Numbered from the stretch's first letter, positions 8,377 to 18,609 are shown. The stretch is 64,000 nt of DNA from Candidatus Odinarchaeota archaeon (GCA_016839265.1 JAEOUO010000002.1:68778-132777), one strand, 5' to 3'. Made by a program: numbers and translations. The notes: generated by a model not told the origin, from the letters alone.

Positions 8377-9471
8377 ATGACTAAAGTTACACTGATACCT
8401 GGAGATGGGATAGGCCCTGAAATAACAGAGGCTACTTTGAAGTGTGTTGAAGCGGCAGGAGCGAATATTCAATGGGAGAAGATGTTAGCTGGTTCAACCG
8501 CTCTAGAAAAATATGGGACCCCCCTACCGGATGAGACTGTCAATTCTTTTAGGGAAACCCGGGTTCTCCTTAAAGGTCCGATAACTACTAGTTTCGGCAC
8601 CGGATTCAGATCAGTTACCGTAGCGTTAAGACAAACCTTTGATTTGTACGCTAATGTTAGACCAGCTAAATCTATTGAAGGAGTAGAATCACGGTTTAAA
8701 AACGTGAATCTCGTTATTATAAGAGAGAACACTGAAGGCGCATATGCGGGTATAGAATTTCAGAAAGGTTCACCTGAGTTAAAAGAGCTAATAACGCTTC
8801 TTAAACGAACTCATAATATAACACTGGATGAGAATACCGCTATCTCTCTTAAGAAAATATCTGTACACGCCTCTCAGAGAATTGTGAAATTCGCCTTCGA
8901 CTATGCTGCTCAAAATAATAGAAAAAAAGTGACATGCGTTCATAAAGCTAACATTCAAAAGTTTAGCGATGGCCTCTTTCTTGAAGAGGCTAGAAAAATA
9001 GCTCAATCTTATCCTGATATCATATATGATGAAAAAGTTGTGGATAATATGGCGATGCAGCTTGTTATGAAACCTGAAGAGTACGATGTGATTGTAACCC
9101 CTAACCTTTACGGAGATATACTCTCAGATTTAGCTGCAGGTTTAGTTGGTGGTTTAGGTCTTTTAGCCGGAGCTAACATTGGCTCAGAGTACGCTATGTT
9201 CGAGCCGGTTCACGGATCAGCGCCTAAATACACAGGGTTGAATAAAGTTAACCCTACAGCTATGATTAACGCAGCTGTTATGATGCTTAAACATCTTAAA
9301 ATGTTTCATGAAGCTGAATTACTAGAGAAAGCCACCTTAAAAGTTATTAGGGAAGGTGTTCAAGTAACATATGATCTTTATAAAAAACCTGTAGGTTCCC
9401 CGGTTGGAACAATGGCGATGGCTGATGAGATAGTCCGTCAAATAGAATTATTGAAGAATGAAGGTGAATGA
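8377..9471 (+). CDS. Isocitrate/isopropylmalate/homoisocitrate dehydrogenase family (decarboxylating beta-hydroxyacid dehydrogenase)
   Basis: The family signature NLYGDILSDLAAGLVGGLGLLAGANIG, an N-terminal VTLIPGDGIGPEI and a 364-aa length fit. The substrate cannot be assigned from sequence alone. Confidence 0.85.
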   Translation: MTKVTLIPGDGIGPEITEATLKCVEAAGANIQWEKMLAGSTALEKYGTPLPDETVNSFRETRVLLKGPITTSFGTGFRSVTVALRQTFDLYANVRPAKSIEGVESRFKNVNLVIIRENTEGAYAGIEFQKGSPELKELITLLKRTHNITLDENTAISLKKISVHASQRIVKFAFDYAAQNNRKKVTCVHKANIQKFSDGLFLEEARKIAQSYPDIIYDEKVVDNMAMQLVMKPEEYDVIVTPNLYGDILSDLAAGLVGGLGLLAGANIGSEYAMFEPVHGSAPKYTGLNKVNPTAMINAAVMMLKHLKMFHEAELLEKATLKVIREGVQVTYDLYKKPVGSPVGTMAMADEIVRQIELLKNEGE

Positions 9472-9475
9472 GTAA

Positions 9476-10723
9476 TTGGAAATAGAGATACCTTACGGTT
9501 CAACCTCTCAGAAAGTATCTGTAAACGAAGATAATATTCTAAAAGTAGTCTACCCTAATAGTGTTAAAAAACGTGATGAAATGCATGTTCTCGAGCAGGC
9601 TTTTAACAACCCGGTTGAAAGCCCCAAGTTCTTTGAGTTTCTAGATGCAGTTGACCGTTTTATTATAGTAGTTAACGACGCTCAAAGATCCACTCCCACG
9701 TCTAAAATATTAAACTATATTGAGCCGCAGTTAGATGGCAGAGAATTTATTTTCCTAGTAGCTACAGGAGATCATAGACCTCCGACTGAGTCTGAGCTTA
9801 AACAAATTTTAGGTGATAAAGTTTATGCTAAATACCGTGATAGAGTAAAATATCATGATAGTAAAAACTCGCAGTTATATTATTTCGGTAAAAGTAGTAG
9901 GGGAACTGAAATATATTTGAATAAACTGTTAGCTGATTACGGTGCTATTATCGCTATTAACTCTCTTGAACCTCATTATTTCGCAGGGTACACTGGTGGA
10001 AGGAAAAGTCTTGTACCCGGAGTGGCTGGATATAAGACTATTTCTCAGAATCACTCGTTATCCTTATATAGAGAAGCCCAGTTAACGCGGCTTAAAGGTA
10101 ATCCTGTTCACGAAGACTTCGAGGATATAGCTAGAATCGTTTTAGAAAAGATTAAAATATTCGCGGTCAACGTGGTTATTGACGGTGACGGGGATATATA
10201 CGCTTGCGCTACAGGTGACATATTAAAATCTTTTCACAGGCTTGTCGAAGCTGCTGAAGAAGTGTACTGTGCTAAAATACCTTGTAAAACTGAAATAGTG
10301 GTTACAGTAGCCCGCCCCCCTCTTGACTTGAATCTTTATCAAGCTCAGAAAGCGATTGAATCAGCTAAAATAGCTGTTAAAGATAAAGGAGTTATAATAC
10401 TGGTGGCTGAATGCCGTGAAGGAATAGGACCGCCTGATTTTTACAATTTATTAAAGGAATCAAGTGCTCCTGAAGAAGTATTCGCTAAAATAAAAAACAA
10501 TTATAAGCTAGGTTACCATAAGACAGCTAAGCTTATAGAAACCGTTATGTTCTCTAATATTTTTATAGTCTCTAGCATAAATCCTGAAGTATTTGAAGCA
10601 ACATTTATAAAACCCTTCTCAAACATTGAGACCGCTATTCAGGAAGCTTTTAAAATAACAGGCTCATCTTCGAAAATACTCTTTTTAATGGATGGTGGCA
10701 CCGTCGCTCCGATAATTAAGTAA
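9476..10723 (+). CDS. LarA-like (lactate racemase family, DUF2088 N-domain) protein
   Basis: ~415 aa. Its N-terminus (IEIPYGS...VSVNEDNILKVVYPNSV) and the central LEPHYFAGYTGGRKSLVPGV block resemble the LarA/DUF2088 core, including a Lys in the GGRK position expected for the nickel-pincer-cofactor tether. TTG start 4 nt after the upstream stop. Confidence 0.55.
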   Translation: MEIEIPYGSTSQKVSVNEDNILKVVYPNSVKKRDEMHVLEQAFNNPVESPKFFEFLDAVDRFIIVVNDAQRSTPTSKILNYIEPQLDGREFIFLVATGDHRPPTESELKQILGDKVYAKYRDRVKYHDSKNSQLYYFGKSSRGTEIYLNKLLADYGAIIAINSLEPHYFAGYTGGRKSLVPGVAGYKTISQNHSLSLYREAQLTRLKGNPVHEDFEDIARIVLEKIKIFAVNVVIDGDGDIYACATGDILKSFHRLVEAAEEVYCAKIPCKTEIVVTVARPPLDLNLYQAQKAIESAKIAVKDKGVIILVAECREGIGPPDFYNLLKESSAPEEVFAKIKNNYKLGYHKTAKLIETVMFSNIFIVSSINPEVFEATFIKPFSNIETAIQEAFKITGSSSKILFLMDGGTVAPIIK

Positions 10724-10745
10724 ACTGTAATTTAAGGGAGTTTAA

Positions 10746-11876
10746 ATGAACCCGTTTTTAGAAGGAAAACGTGCTCTCATCTGTTTTTTAAAGAAGAATC
10801 CTCATGATCATAAAATTTATAAACTTAAACTAGATGAGTTGGTGAGCCTTGTTAAATCTTTGAATATTAAAATAGTTGATACTATTATTCAAACCAGGCT
10901 TAAACCCACTTCAAACTATTATTTCGGTAAAGGCAGAGTAATGGCGGTTAAAGAACAGGTTAACGCTAACAATATTGATCTTATTATCTTCTATAATCGT
11001 TTAAGTAGTAAGCAGAGATTAAATTTAACCAGGTTTTTAGCCCGCCCGGTTATAGATAGAAACGATGTTATCTTCGAATTATTCAGAAGAGGAGCATCTG
11101 ATAAACTGTCTCTTCTACAAATAGAATATGCGGAAACATCTAGAATGCTGCCATACTATAAATTAATTGTTAAAGAAAAATATATGAGTGATAGAGCTTT
11201 TCTCGGTTCAAGCGGGGAATACGGGTATCATAATACTCTTAAAGCGTATACCCGTAAACTCTGTAAAATTAAAGAAGAGATGGATGCTTACTTCCAGGAT
11301 AAATTATTGCAGATTGAGAAAAGAAAAATTTTAAGTAAACCCACCGTATGCATATCTGGATACTATAATGCTGGTAAAACCACGCTTTTCAATTTTCTAA
11401 CCGGTGAAAACAAGACTGCTAGCAGTAAACCCTTCACTACGTTAGTAAGCAAGTATCAGGCATGTAAATCTGATAAAGATATACTCTTCATAGACACCAT
11501 CGGGTTTGTAGCTGACATGGATTTAAACATGTTAAAATCTTTTTCACTTAACATGTTAGATATTATAAACGCGGATCTTATTCTCTTCGCAGTGAGTTTA
11601 GATGATGATCTTGAAGCTATTATATTTAAAATTCATCAAGGGTTTGAAATATACCGTGAACTTCAAATCGACTTTGATAAAATTATACTTGTTTTTACAA
11701 AAATAGATCTTCTCGACGATGAGGCTTTCAAAAATTACAGTTCTAGGTTATCCGAATTATACCCATTAAATAAAACAGTTTTTATCTCTGTTTTCAACGG
11801 CACCGGCTTAAATGAATTAATGGAGAAAATTAAGTTAAATTTAAAACCCTCGGTTAATCATATGAAAATCTTTTAA
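10746..11876 (+). CDS. hflX: GTPase HflX
   Basis: HflX-type N-domain (TSNYYFGKGRVMAVKEQV resembles the iGkGKveEl region) followed by a G domain with GYYNAGKTTLFN and DTIGFV motifs. 376 aa. Confidence 0.7.
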   Translation: MNPFLEGKRALICFLKKNPHDHKIYKLKLDELVSLVKSLNIKIVDTIIQTRLKPTSNYYFGKGRVMAVKEQVNANNIDLIIFYNRLSSKQRLNLTRFLARPVIDRNDVIFELFRRGASDKLSLLQIEYAETSRMLPYYKLIVKEKYMSDRAFLGSSGEYGYHNTLKAYTRKLCKIKEEMDAYFQDKLLQIEKRKILSKPTVCISGYYNAGKTTLFNFLTGENKTASSKPFTTLVSKYQACKSDKDILFIDTIGFVADMDLNMLKSFSLNMLDIINADLILFAVSLDDDLEAIIFKIHQGFEIYRELQIDFDKIILVFTKIDLLDDEAFKNYSSRLSELYPLNKTVFISVFNGTGLNELMEKIKLNLKPSVNHMKIF

Positions 11877-11956
11877 TCTACTTTTATTTAAGCTAAGCTT
11901 TTAGGGTCTACCTATAAACTAGCTAAAACTTTGATTTAAAATAAAGATTATCACCG

Positions 11957-12559
11957 TTAACAAGATGATTGTTCATAACACCATGGAGCGTTTTTAAAAA
12001 CTATTTTCAAATTCTCATCTTCTTTAAAAAGTTGAATATACCTGTCTCTTCTAAGAGTCTTCAGTAAACTTATCAACTTTAAACTTGAAATCCTGATTTT
12101 AGCTTTCAATGTTTTTAAATCAGTTTCCTTATACTCTTCTAATAACGCTAATATTTTAAATTTAGGTTCTTTAACCAATATTTTTTTTATCAACGCGTTT
12201 TTATCTGCTAAAATTTTATTCAAATATTTTTTCTCATCTTCTAATCTATTTTTAAACTCATTTAAAGACAACTCTAAACTGTTGCTTAAAACTTCAATGA
12301 ATCTTATAACAGTTTTAATACTCTCTTTTAATAGTGAACTCGTTAAATCTTCTATTATCTTCTCTGAAATTTTTTCACTATAAATCATTTGTTGAGCTGA
12401 CTCTGAATCTGATTTAAAAGAACTTGGAAACCTAGCCTTCTTATCGTTTTTAAAAATTATTGACAGTTTTTTCAAAAAATCTTCTTTTATCTCATAGAAA
12501 ACACCGCTTAACTGTAAAACTAGTTTGCGAATTCTCTCATCATTATTCATTTTCAACAA
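11957..12559 (-). CDS. Hypothetical helical/coiled-coil protein (200 aa)
   Basis: ORF starting 2 nt after the upstream nuclease-like gene, so the two are probably co-translated. Sequence features suggest a highly helical protein. No catalytic motif. Confidence 0.4.
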   Translation of the reverse strand: MLKMNNDERIRKLVLQLSGVFYEIKEDFLKKLSIIFKNDKKARFPSSFKSDSESAQQMIYSEKISEKIIEDLTSSLLKESIKTVIRFIEVLSNSLELSLNEFKNRLEDEKKYLNKILADKNALIKKILVKEPKFKILALLEEYKETDLKTLKAKIRISSLKLISLLKTLRRDRYIQLFKEDENLKIVFKNAPWCYEQSSC

Positions 12560-12561
12560 CT

Positions 12562-13239
12562 CTATATATGATAAGTTTTCAAATCATAAAGTTCGAAACC
12601 GTTTAAAAAATTATTTAACTTGTAAACCGGTATTATCGGAACTCCGTTATGAAATTCTATGTTTTCATCATATAACGTTATTATTAACGGTGTTACATGT
12701 TTTACAGGTAGTTGAATGTAATCTTCTTTAAATTTTAAAGATTGGATTAACGCTTTTACCCTAAAATCCTGTTTCTCAGCGTATTCTATGAGCCGCTTTC
12801 TCTTACCTTGTCTAGCTGACCAGTGTTTAACATCAGCTGCGAGGATAACTCCGCTTCTATAACCTAAAATATCTATTTCGAAACGTTTACCCCCCTCTCT
12901 GAAACAATAATGTATTTTATAATCGAATTCATTTAACTCGAATATTCTCGCACATAAATATTCAAATTGAACCCAGTTTAAAACCTCGCTTAAACATTCT
13001 ATAGAAAGATTCTCCTCAATAAGGTTTATTATAATCTTGCTTAACAACTCTTTATCTTTAAGATCAATCCACCCTTCCCATTCTTCATCTCTTTCGAGAC
13101 TCCTATTTATAAATCTTATAATCTCCTCTTCTATAATTTTTTTATTCAAAATTATTCTACCCGAGTTTTCCCCTATCAAATTTCTAGAAATGAACTTCCA
13201 GACTTTTGAAGGTAGATTAGTCTCATCCATTTTAATCAA
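12562..13239 (-). CDS. Putative PD-(D/E)xK (restriction-endonuclease-fold) nuclease domain protein
   Basis: Core spacing of ...E..FEIDILGYRSGVILAADVKHW, with a beta-strand Asp followed by the D-V-K triad, fits the PD-(D/E)xK pattern. The N-terminal part may be a DNA-binding module. Weak, motif-level call. Confidence 0.4.
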   Translation of the reverse strand: MIKMDETNLPSKVWKFISRNLIGENSGRIILNKKIIEEEIIRFINRSLERDEEWEGWIDLKDKELLSKIIINLIEENLSIECLSEVLNWVQFEYLCARIFELNEFDYKIHYCFREGGKRFEIDILGYRSGVILAADVKHWSARQGKRKRLIEYAEKQDFRVKALIQSLKFKEDYIQLPVKHVTPLIITLYDENIEFHNGVPIIPVYKLNNFLNGFELYDLKTYHI

Positions 13240-13373
13240 ACCTAAACTATTCTTACAAAAAATGAATTTAAAATTAACCGCTTATAAGCTCGAGTTTAGA
13301 TATCAGCTTAATAGAATTTTAAGCTGTTTAAAATTATTTAGTATAAGAAAATTTTAGCTAGTCTGGAAGGTGT

Positions 13374-15317
13374 TTAATGTTCTTCTTTATGTATGTTTAA
13401 CCGTTTCTCAGCGGCTTCTAATATCCCCCCTAACATCATTGAATATGATAAGCCTGCGAACTTAGCCATTTTAGCTAGATGCCCATCCCAACACCAACCT
13501 GGGTTAGGGTTAACCTCTAGAAGCTTCGGAACACCGTTCTCATCTAATCTCCAATCGAACCTAGCGTAGTCTCTGCACTCTAATCTTGTAAAAAGTTTAA
13601 CACACCATTCAACTATAATATTATATGTTTCTGTAGGGATATCTGCAACTATTGTTTTAATATCCCAGTAAGGCGAATCAGGTAACCATTTAGCTTCATA
13701 ACCGCATATTTTAGGTAACCCATCCGGTATAGTGCTATAGTCTTCCTCAGTTATAGGTAGAACTGTATACTCCGGCGGGTTTCCGATTATTCCTACGCTG
13801 AGATCCTTCCCTGTGAGAAATTCCTCTACGAGAATATGCTTGTCATATCCAAATTTATCTCTTATCTCCGATACCGCCGCGATAAACTCTTCTCTATTAT
13901 AAGCGACGCTTCTCTGAGTTATACCGAAGCTAGAGTCTCCGAAATTCGGTTTCACAATCACAGGGAAGTCGAAGCTGATTTCAAAAGTTTTATCCTCAGG
14001 TTTAATGAAAACAGCTTCAGGCACCGGTATACCCATTTCTCTTGCTACACCTCTTACAAGAGACTTATCATAGCAAATGGCTAAACATTGCGGGCCTGCT
14101 CCAGTATAGGGAATACTTAGCATTTCAAGTAAAGCTGGCACATGAAGTTCTTTACGCGGATCATTAAAGTAACCTTCATCACATAGATTTAACACTAAAT
14201 CTATTTTATCCTTTAACTTTATAAGATCGCTGATAAGCGTGTCATGATCGTTTAGATAAGTGAAATTATAACCTTTTAACGCTCTTAAAGCATCTTTCAT
14301 CTGGTCTACAGTGTAAATATCATCATCATCGAATACAGTAGCAGGTTTCACAGGGTCTCTCTTAGTCGGGTCTCCTAGAATTACAACCACGTTTTTAACT
14401 TCAGCTTTAGTTTTTCTTTTAACAGGAGACCACTCTTTTTTAACTATCGCGGTTAAAACTATTCTCTGCTCCATCATTCCAAGATCCTGTTTCCTCTTAG
14501 AGTCGGTTTCTATCTCTCCTTCAAAAACCAGCTCAGTGAAACCTGCGGCTGTTAAGAACTTATTTAAATTATCTTTAGTGTAAAGTCTTTCAGCGTAGAA
14601 TTGATCAGCTAAAACACCTTTATTAACATGAGCTACTACTTCTCTGCAAATTAAACGCTGCTCATCTACTGAAAGCGTTCTCTCCCTGCACACATAATGT
14701 TTTTTATCAATCCACTCCCATGATCGTGGTTGAAAATTCTTTTTCACGTATTCCCCGTCAGCTACATCTATAAGCAGCTTACCCCAAGGTTTTAAAACTC
14801 TGAATACTTCTCTTAAAACTTTCATATCATCTTCAACAGTTTCAAAGTAGCCGAAACTGTTACCTAAAATCATAACAGCGTCGAATGTATCCGCCGGATA
14901 AGGAAGCTTCCTAGCATCCCCCTCCCTGAATTTCACAGTTAAATTCTCTTTTTTAGCTGTATGTCTAGCTTTTTGAATAAGATAGGAAGAGCGGTCTAAT
15001 CCCTCCACATTTTTAAACCCGCGTCTAGCTAATTCAAGCGAATGCCGTCCATGTCCGCAGCATAAATCTAATATCCTATCATCTGGTTGAAGCTTCAAAA
15101 TTTCAACGAATAAATCAATCTCTTTAGAAGTGATACTCTGATCTTCAACGACATCTGCATCTGTTTTAAGATATAGCGAAGTGAACAGATTCTTCCACCA
15201 GTCAGGTCTCACATACTTCGCTAAATCATCTATAGGACCTAAAACTTTCACAGGTTTTTTACCGTTCTTCAAAGACTTAGACGGTTTAATTTCTAATTCT
15301 TTTTTCATAGACTCCAC
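13374..15317 (-). CDS. Fusion protein: class I SAM-dependent methyltransferase (N) plus D-Ala-D-Ala-ligase-type ATP-grasp (C)
   Basis: The N-terminal MTase motif I is ILDLCCGHGRHSLELARRG, with KFREGDARKLPYPADTFDAVMILGNSFGYF downstream. The C-terminal half carries the Ddl-family ATP-grasp signature ARFDWRLDENGVPKLLEVNPNPGW (compare R.DFrlde.G.pyllEvNt.PG) and VIVKPNFGDSSFGI. Confidence 0.75.
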   Translation of the reverse strand: MESMKKELEIKPSKSLKNGKKPVKVLGPIDDLAKYVRPDWWKNLFTSLYLKTDADVVEDQSITSKEIDLFVEILKLQPDDRILDLCCGHGRHSLELARRGFKNVEGLDRSSYLIQKARHTAKKENLTVKFREGDARKLPYPADTFDAVMILGNSFGYFETVEDDMKVLREVFRVLKPWGKLLIDVADGEYVKKNFQPRSWEWIDKKHYVCRERTLSVDEQRLICREVVAHVNKGVLADQFYAERLYTKDNLNKFLTAAGFTELVFEGEIETDSKRKQDLGMMEQRIVLTAIVKKEWSPVKRKTKAEVKNVVVILGDPTKRDPVKPATVFDDDDIYTVDQMKDALRALKGYNFTYLNDHDTLISDLIKLKDKIDLVLNLCDEGYFNDPRKELHVPALLEMLSIPYTGAGPQCLAICYDKSLVRGVAREMGIPVPEAVFIKPEDKTFEISFDFPVIVKPNFGDSSFGITQRSVAYNREEFIAAVSEIRDKFGYDKHILVEEFLTGKDLSVGIIGNPPEYTVLPITEEDYSTIPDGLPKICGYEAKWLPDSPYWDIKTIVADIPTETYNIIVEWCVKLFTRLECRDYARFDWRLDENGVPKLLEVNPNPGWCWDGHLAKMAKFAGLSYSMMLGGILEAAEKRLNIHKEEH

Positions 15318-15634
15318 TTCTCTTCAATAATCTTAACTCTTTTAAAAATAAATTTGAAATAATTAGAAAACAAGTAAAACAGATTATTAAATAGAGAACT
15401 AAAGTTTGCTTCTATTTTTGGTAGTTTAAAATAAGAGATTATTTTAGAATCGTTTATTATATAAGTTCTTTGAAGTGTATTCACTTTAATTAAGCTCCAT
15501 GTTTAATCCTTGGGTTAACATCATCAAGTTTAACGATAACTAACATAGACCTTAATAAATATATCGCTGAATTTCTATTAAAGAAAATAAATATTATTAT
15601 GATTAAAACATTCTAAACTGTTCACATATACTCG

Positions 15635-16468
15635 GTGTTAATAATGCGTAATAATAGACCATCCTACCTGTTTAAGTCTTGGAGTGAAATAGAGAAAAGA
15701 ATAAGAGAAGCGGAGAGAATAATTTTATTCCTAGACTATGATGGTACACTCACCCCTATAGTTGAGCGGCCTGAAATGGCTGTAGCCGATGAAGAGTTAA
15801 AAAACCTTTTAAATACTCTCTCCGCTAACCCTAAGATTGAAATAATAATCACTAGCGGTAGAGCTATTCAAACATTAAAACAATTAATTCCATTAAGAAA
15901 CATAGTATACGCTGGGGACCATGGCATAAACATTGAATTCCCTTCAGGGGAAAGCTTTACATGGCATAAAGCTAAACAAGTTAACCCTATTATAAATAAA
16001 ATCTATAATGAACTATCCCAGTACTTTAAAAGTGAACCTAGAGTAATACTAGAAAAAAAGAACTCTAATCTAAGCGTACACTACAGACTTTTAGAAGATG
16101 TTAATAAAATTAATGAAACAATCCAAGCAACTTATAAAATAGTTAAAAAACATGATAAAAGCAGTCTACTTCAAATATTTACAGGCTCTAAAATCGTTGA
16201 AATAAGAGCTAAAGGATGGGATAAAGGTAAAGTAGTTGAAATAATAAGCAAAAAATTGAAAACAACTAACCGCGACCTCATGTTTTTCATAGGCGACGAT
16301 ATAACCGACGAGGACGGTTTTAAAAAAATTAAATCAACAGGTATACCTATACTAGTGAAAAACGATAATAACCGTGAAACATTCGCTGACTATTTTCTAA
16401 ACAATCCCCTACAGGTTCGACAATTCCTATCCTATTTAATTTCAAAACATGTAAACTCTGATATTTGA
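15635..16468 (+). CDS. otsB: Trehalose-6-phosphate phosphatase (HAD family, OtsB-like)
   Basis: HAD motif I as FLDYDGTLTP, characteristic of trehalose-phosphatase. GDDITDE is motif IV. 277 aa. Confidence 0.7.
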   Translation: MLIMRNNRPSYLFKSWSEIEKRIREAERIILFLDYDGTLTPIVERPEMAVADEELKNLLNTLSANPKIEIIITSGRAIQTLKQLIPLRNIVYAGDHGINIEFPSGESFTWHKAKQVNPIINKIYNELSQYFKSEPRVILEKKNSNLSVHYRLLEDVNKINETIQATYKIVKKHDKSSLLQIFTGSKIVEIRAKGWDKGKVVEIISKKLKTTNRDLMFFIGDDITDEDGFKKIKSTGIPILVKNDNNRETFADYFLNNPLQVRQFLSYLISKHVNSDI

Positions 16469-18169
16469 AACATTATAAACTAGGCTGAAAGACGGATCCC
16501 CCTCTAATAAACTAGTTAAATTAGGATAATCATTCGCATTAACTATCAGATAATGATATTCGCTGGTTAAAAGCTCTGATAAAATCGCACCGTTAATAAC
16601 GGTTTCATTAAAAATATGCGTTGAATTTGTTCCAACAATTCTAGGGTTTAACAATGCTCTGGATGGTAGTATAATAGGCGGATAAACTAGCACTCTCTCA
16701 GAGTAGTCCGCGTGGTCGTTTAACCATGTCACAGCCTGATACTCTTTTCTGTTAATAGCGAAATCCCAGTATCCATTTCCTACGAGCGCAGTTAAACCAA
16801 TAGAGGATTGGAATATAACTGTGCCTATTATAAAAAATGGAATCATATATTTAGAATAACTCTTGTTTTTGCCAAATTTTTTAATTATATTAACCGCTTT
16901 CTTCATTCCGAAACAACCTGTTATGCTGCTAGCTATACTCATATACATAATGTATCTTATCGGAGGCCAGGGTACGCCTATAAACCCTGAGGGTAAAAAA
17001 GTGAAAACTGTGGATACAACTAATAGTATAAAGAATATTTTCAGCAAGGGAGCTCCGCCTTTCATAGAGAATACTCCTCCTAGAAATGCTAGAGTATAAG
17101 TTAATATTCCTGCCGAGTAAAACAAATAATGTATTGGCTGAGCTCTAATGCTTGAAGAATAAGTGAATTTTATAAAGTACTCTATGATAAAAGGGAAGAA
17201 TAATTTAACCACTATTATAGATAATAAAGCCAGTGATAGAATAGATGCTATTATTATTTTACTCTCTCGGTAGTGGATTGCCTCTCTATGGGTTAGCAGG
17301 TAGTATAATCCATACAATGAAAGAGTAATTAAAATTATTAGAGCAGTGGGGCTGTGAATAATGTAAACTCCAGCTATTAGAAAAACACCTACCAGTTTTT
17401 TTACACTTCTCTGAGTTGTAAATAACAGGCAGGCTGGTAGAATGGCGAAAGCCAGGTTTTGTGGTAATCCTAGCATACCATAACTAGCTAAAAAATATGA
17501 TCCTGAAAAGACTAATCCTGCGAATAAAGAATAAACTTTGTTATATCCTAGCACTCTGTTAGCTAAAGATATGACGGCAATCACGCCTATTGAAAAATAT
17601 AATCCTACAGATATTAGCTGAATAAATAAATATGTAAGATTAAGATCGATTAGACATGATATCCCTGTTATATATGCGTATCCGCTTGGATATAAAGGTT
17701 TAAAAGATATAAGCGAGTGCCCGTGATAGACGACATTTTTAGCGATATTCAGCCAATACCACGGGTCCCAGGCCATTAAAATCTCGTTAACTAAGGGTAC
17801 AGTGACTCTTATAATTAACCCGAATGTTAAAACTAATATTATAAATATTAAATTTTTATTTTCATCTAACCGTTGAGGTTTAATCTGTTGTACAATGTAT
17901 TTTCTTCGTAGGATGAAAGCGGTTAAAATAATGGCTAAAGTTGGGATTATAACATTAATGAATGTTACTCCAACAGTCCAGTCTAAGATAAATCCTAAAA
18001 TAGCTAAGTAAGCTGCTCCTAAACAAAAAGAATATGCAAATATTTCAAGATCGTTAAATTCGCTTCTAGGATTTTTATATGCTATAAGTATTAAAGCCCA
18101 TCCTGAAATTAAGTTGATAAATATAATCCATAGAATCCATGCTACTATTATGCCTGCTGCAGGGATCAT
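16442..18169 (-). CDS. Polytopic membrane protein, possibly a GT-C-fold glycosyltransferase
   Basis: ~13 predicted hydrophobic helices in the first ~440 aa, followed by a soluble C-terminal domain. Loop motif LMAWDPWYW. The GT-C assignment is tentative. Confidence 0.35.
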   Translation of the reverse strand: MIPAAGIIVAWILWIIFINLISGWALILIAYKNPRSEFNDLEIFAYSFCLGAAYLAILGFILDWTVGVTFINVIIPTLAIILTAFILRRKYIVQQIKPQRLDENKNLIFIILVLTFGLIIRVTVPLVNEILMAWDPWYWLNIAKNVVYHGHSLISFKPLYPSGYAYITGISCLIDLNLTYLFIQLISVGLYFSIGVIAVISLANRVLGYNKVYSLFAGLVFSGSYFLASYGMLGLPQNLAFAILPACLLFTTQRSVKKLVGVFLIAGVYIIHSPTALIILITLSLYGLYYLLTHREAIHYRESKIIIASILSLALLSIIVVKLFFPFIIEYFIKFTYSSSIRAQPIHYLFYSAGILTYTLAFLGGVFSMKGGAPLLKIFFILLVVSTVFTFLPSGFIGVPWPPIRYIMYMSIASSITGCFGMKKAVNIIKKFGKNKSYSKYMIPFFIIGTVIFQSSIGLTALVGNGYWDFAINRKEYQAVTWLNDHADYSERVLVYPPIILPSRALLNPRIVGTNSTHIFNETVINGAILSELLTSEYHYLIVNANDYPNLTSLLEGDPSFSLVYNVSNIRVYMF

Positions 18170-18609
18170 CCTCTAAGCCTCTTAGTGTTTTGATTAAAGA
18201 AGTTATTATAGTTCTCTAGTAATCTATGACAATGTGAACCGAATAAAGCTGAAGCGAATATAATAGATATTACTGCAAGTTTAGCAGTTAACGGAAACTG
18301 AAGCCAGCCGTTTAAAAAAACACCGCAAATCATAATCGTCGTCACTATGATAATGGATGCTTCCACCGCTGTTTTACCAGTTTTTAACAAATAACCGGCA
18401 ACCCCGGCTGAAAGAGCGGAGGCTGTGCAGTATGTGATAAAAGTGTAAATATTAAATGGTTCGATCATTATCATCGTGTTTAAACTGAGTATTAGATGTT
18501 CTAAACCATATGCGGCAATCATGGGAACAAAATTCAAAGGTATTAGAATTAAAAAATAAATCGTTATGAAATAAACGATATTCTTTACATCTTTTTTTAA
18601 ACTCTTCAT
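18166..18609 (-). CDS. Small integral membrane protein (147 aa)
   Basis: Four hydrophobic segments. Its stop overlaps the start of the downstream membrane-protein gene, which suggests an operon. Confidence 0.4.
   Translation of the reverse strand: MKSLKKDVKNIVYFITIYFLILIPLNFVPMIAAYGLEHLILSLNTMIMIEPFNIYTFITYCTASALSAGVAGYLLKTGKTAVEASIIIVTTIMICGVFLNGWLQFPLTAKLAVISIIFASALFGSHCHRLLENYNNFFNQNTKRLRG

Noticed and set aside
12525-13357. Plus-strand ORFs 12525-12731 and 13037-13357 overlapping the nuclease-like gene region
   Set aside because: They are antisense to the better-supported minus-strand genes (12562-13239, and the tail of 11957-12559). Both have highly hydrophobic or low-complexity translations and no upstream ribosome-binding site.
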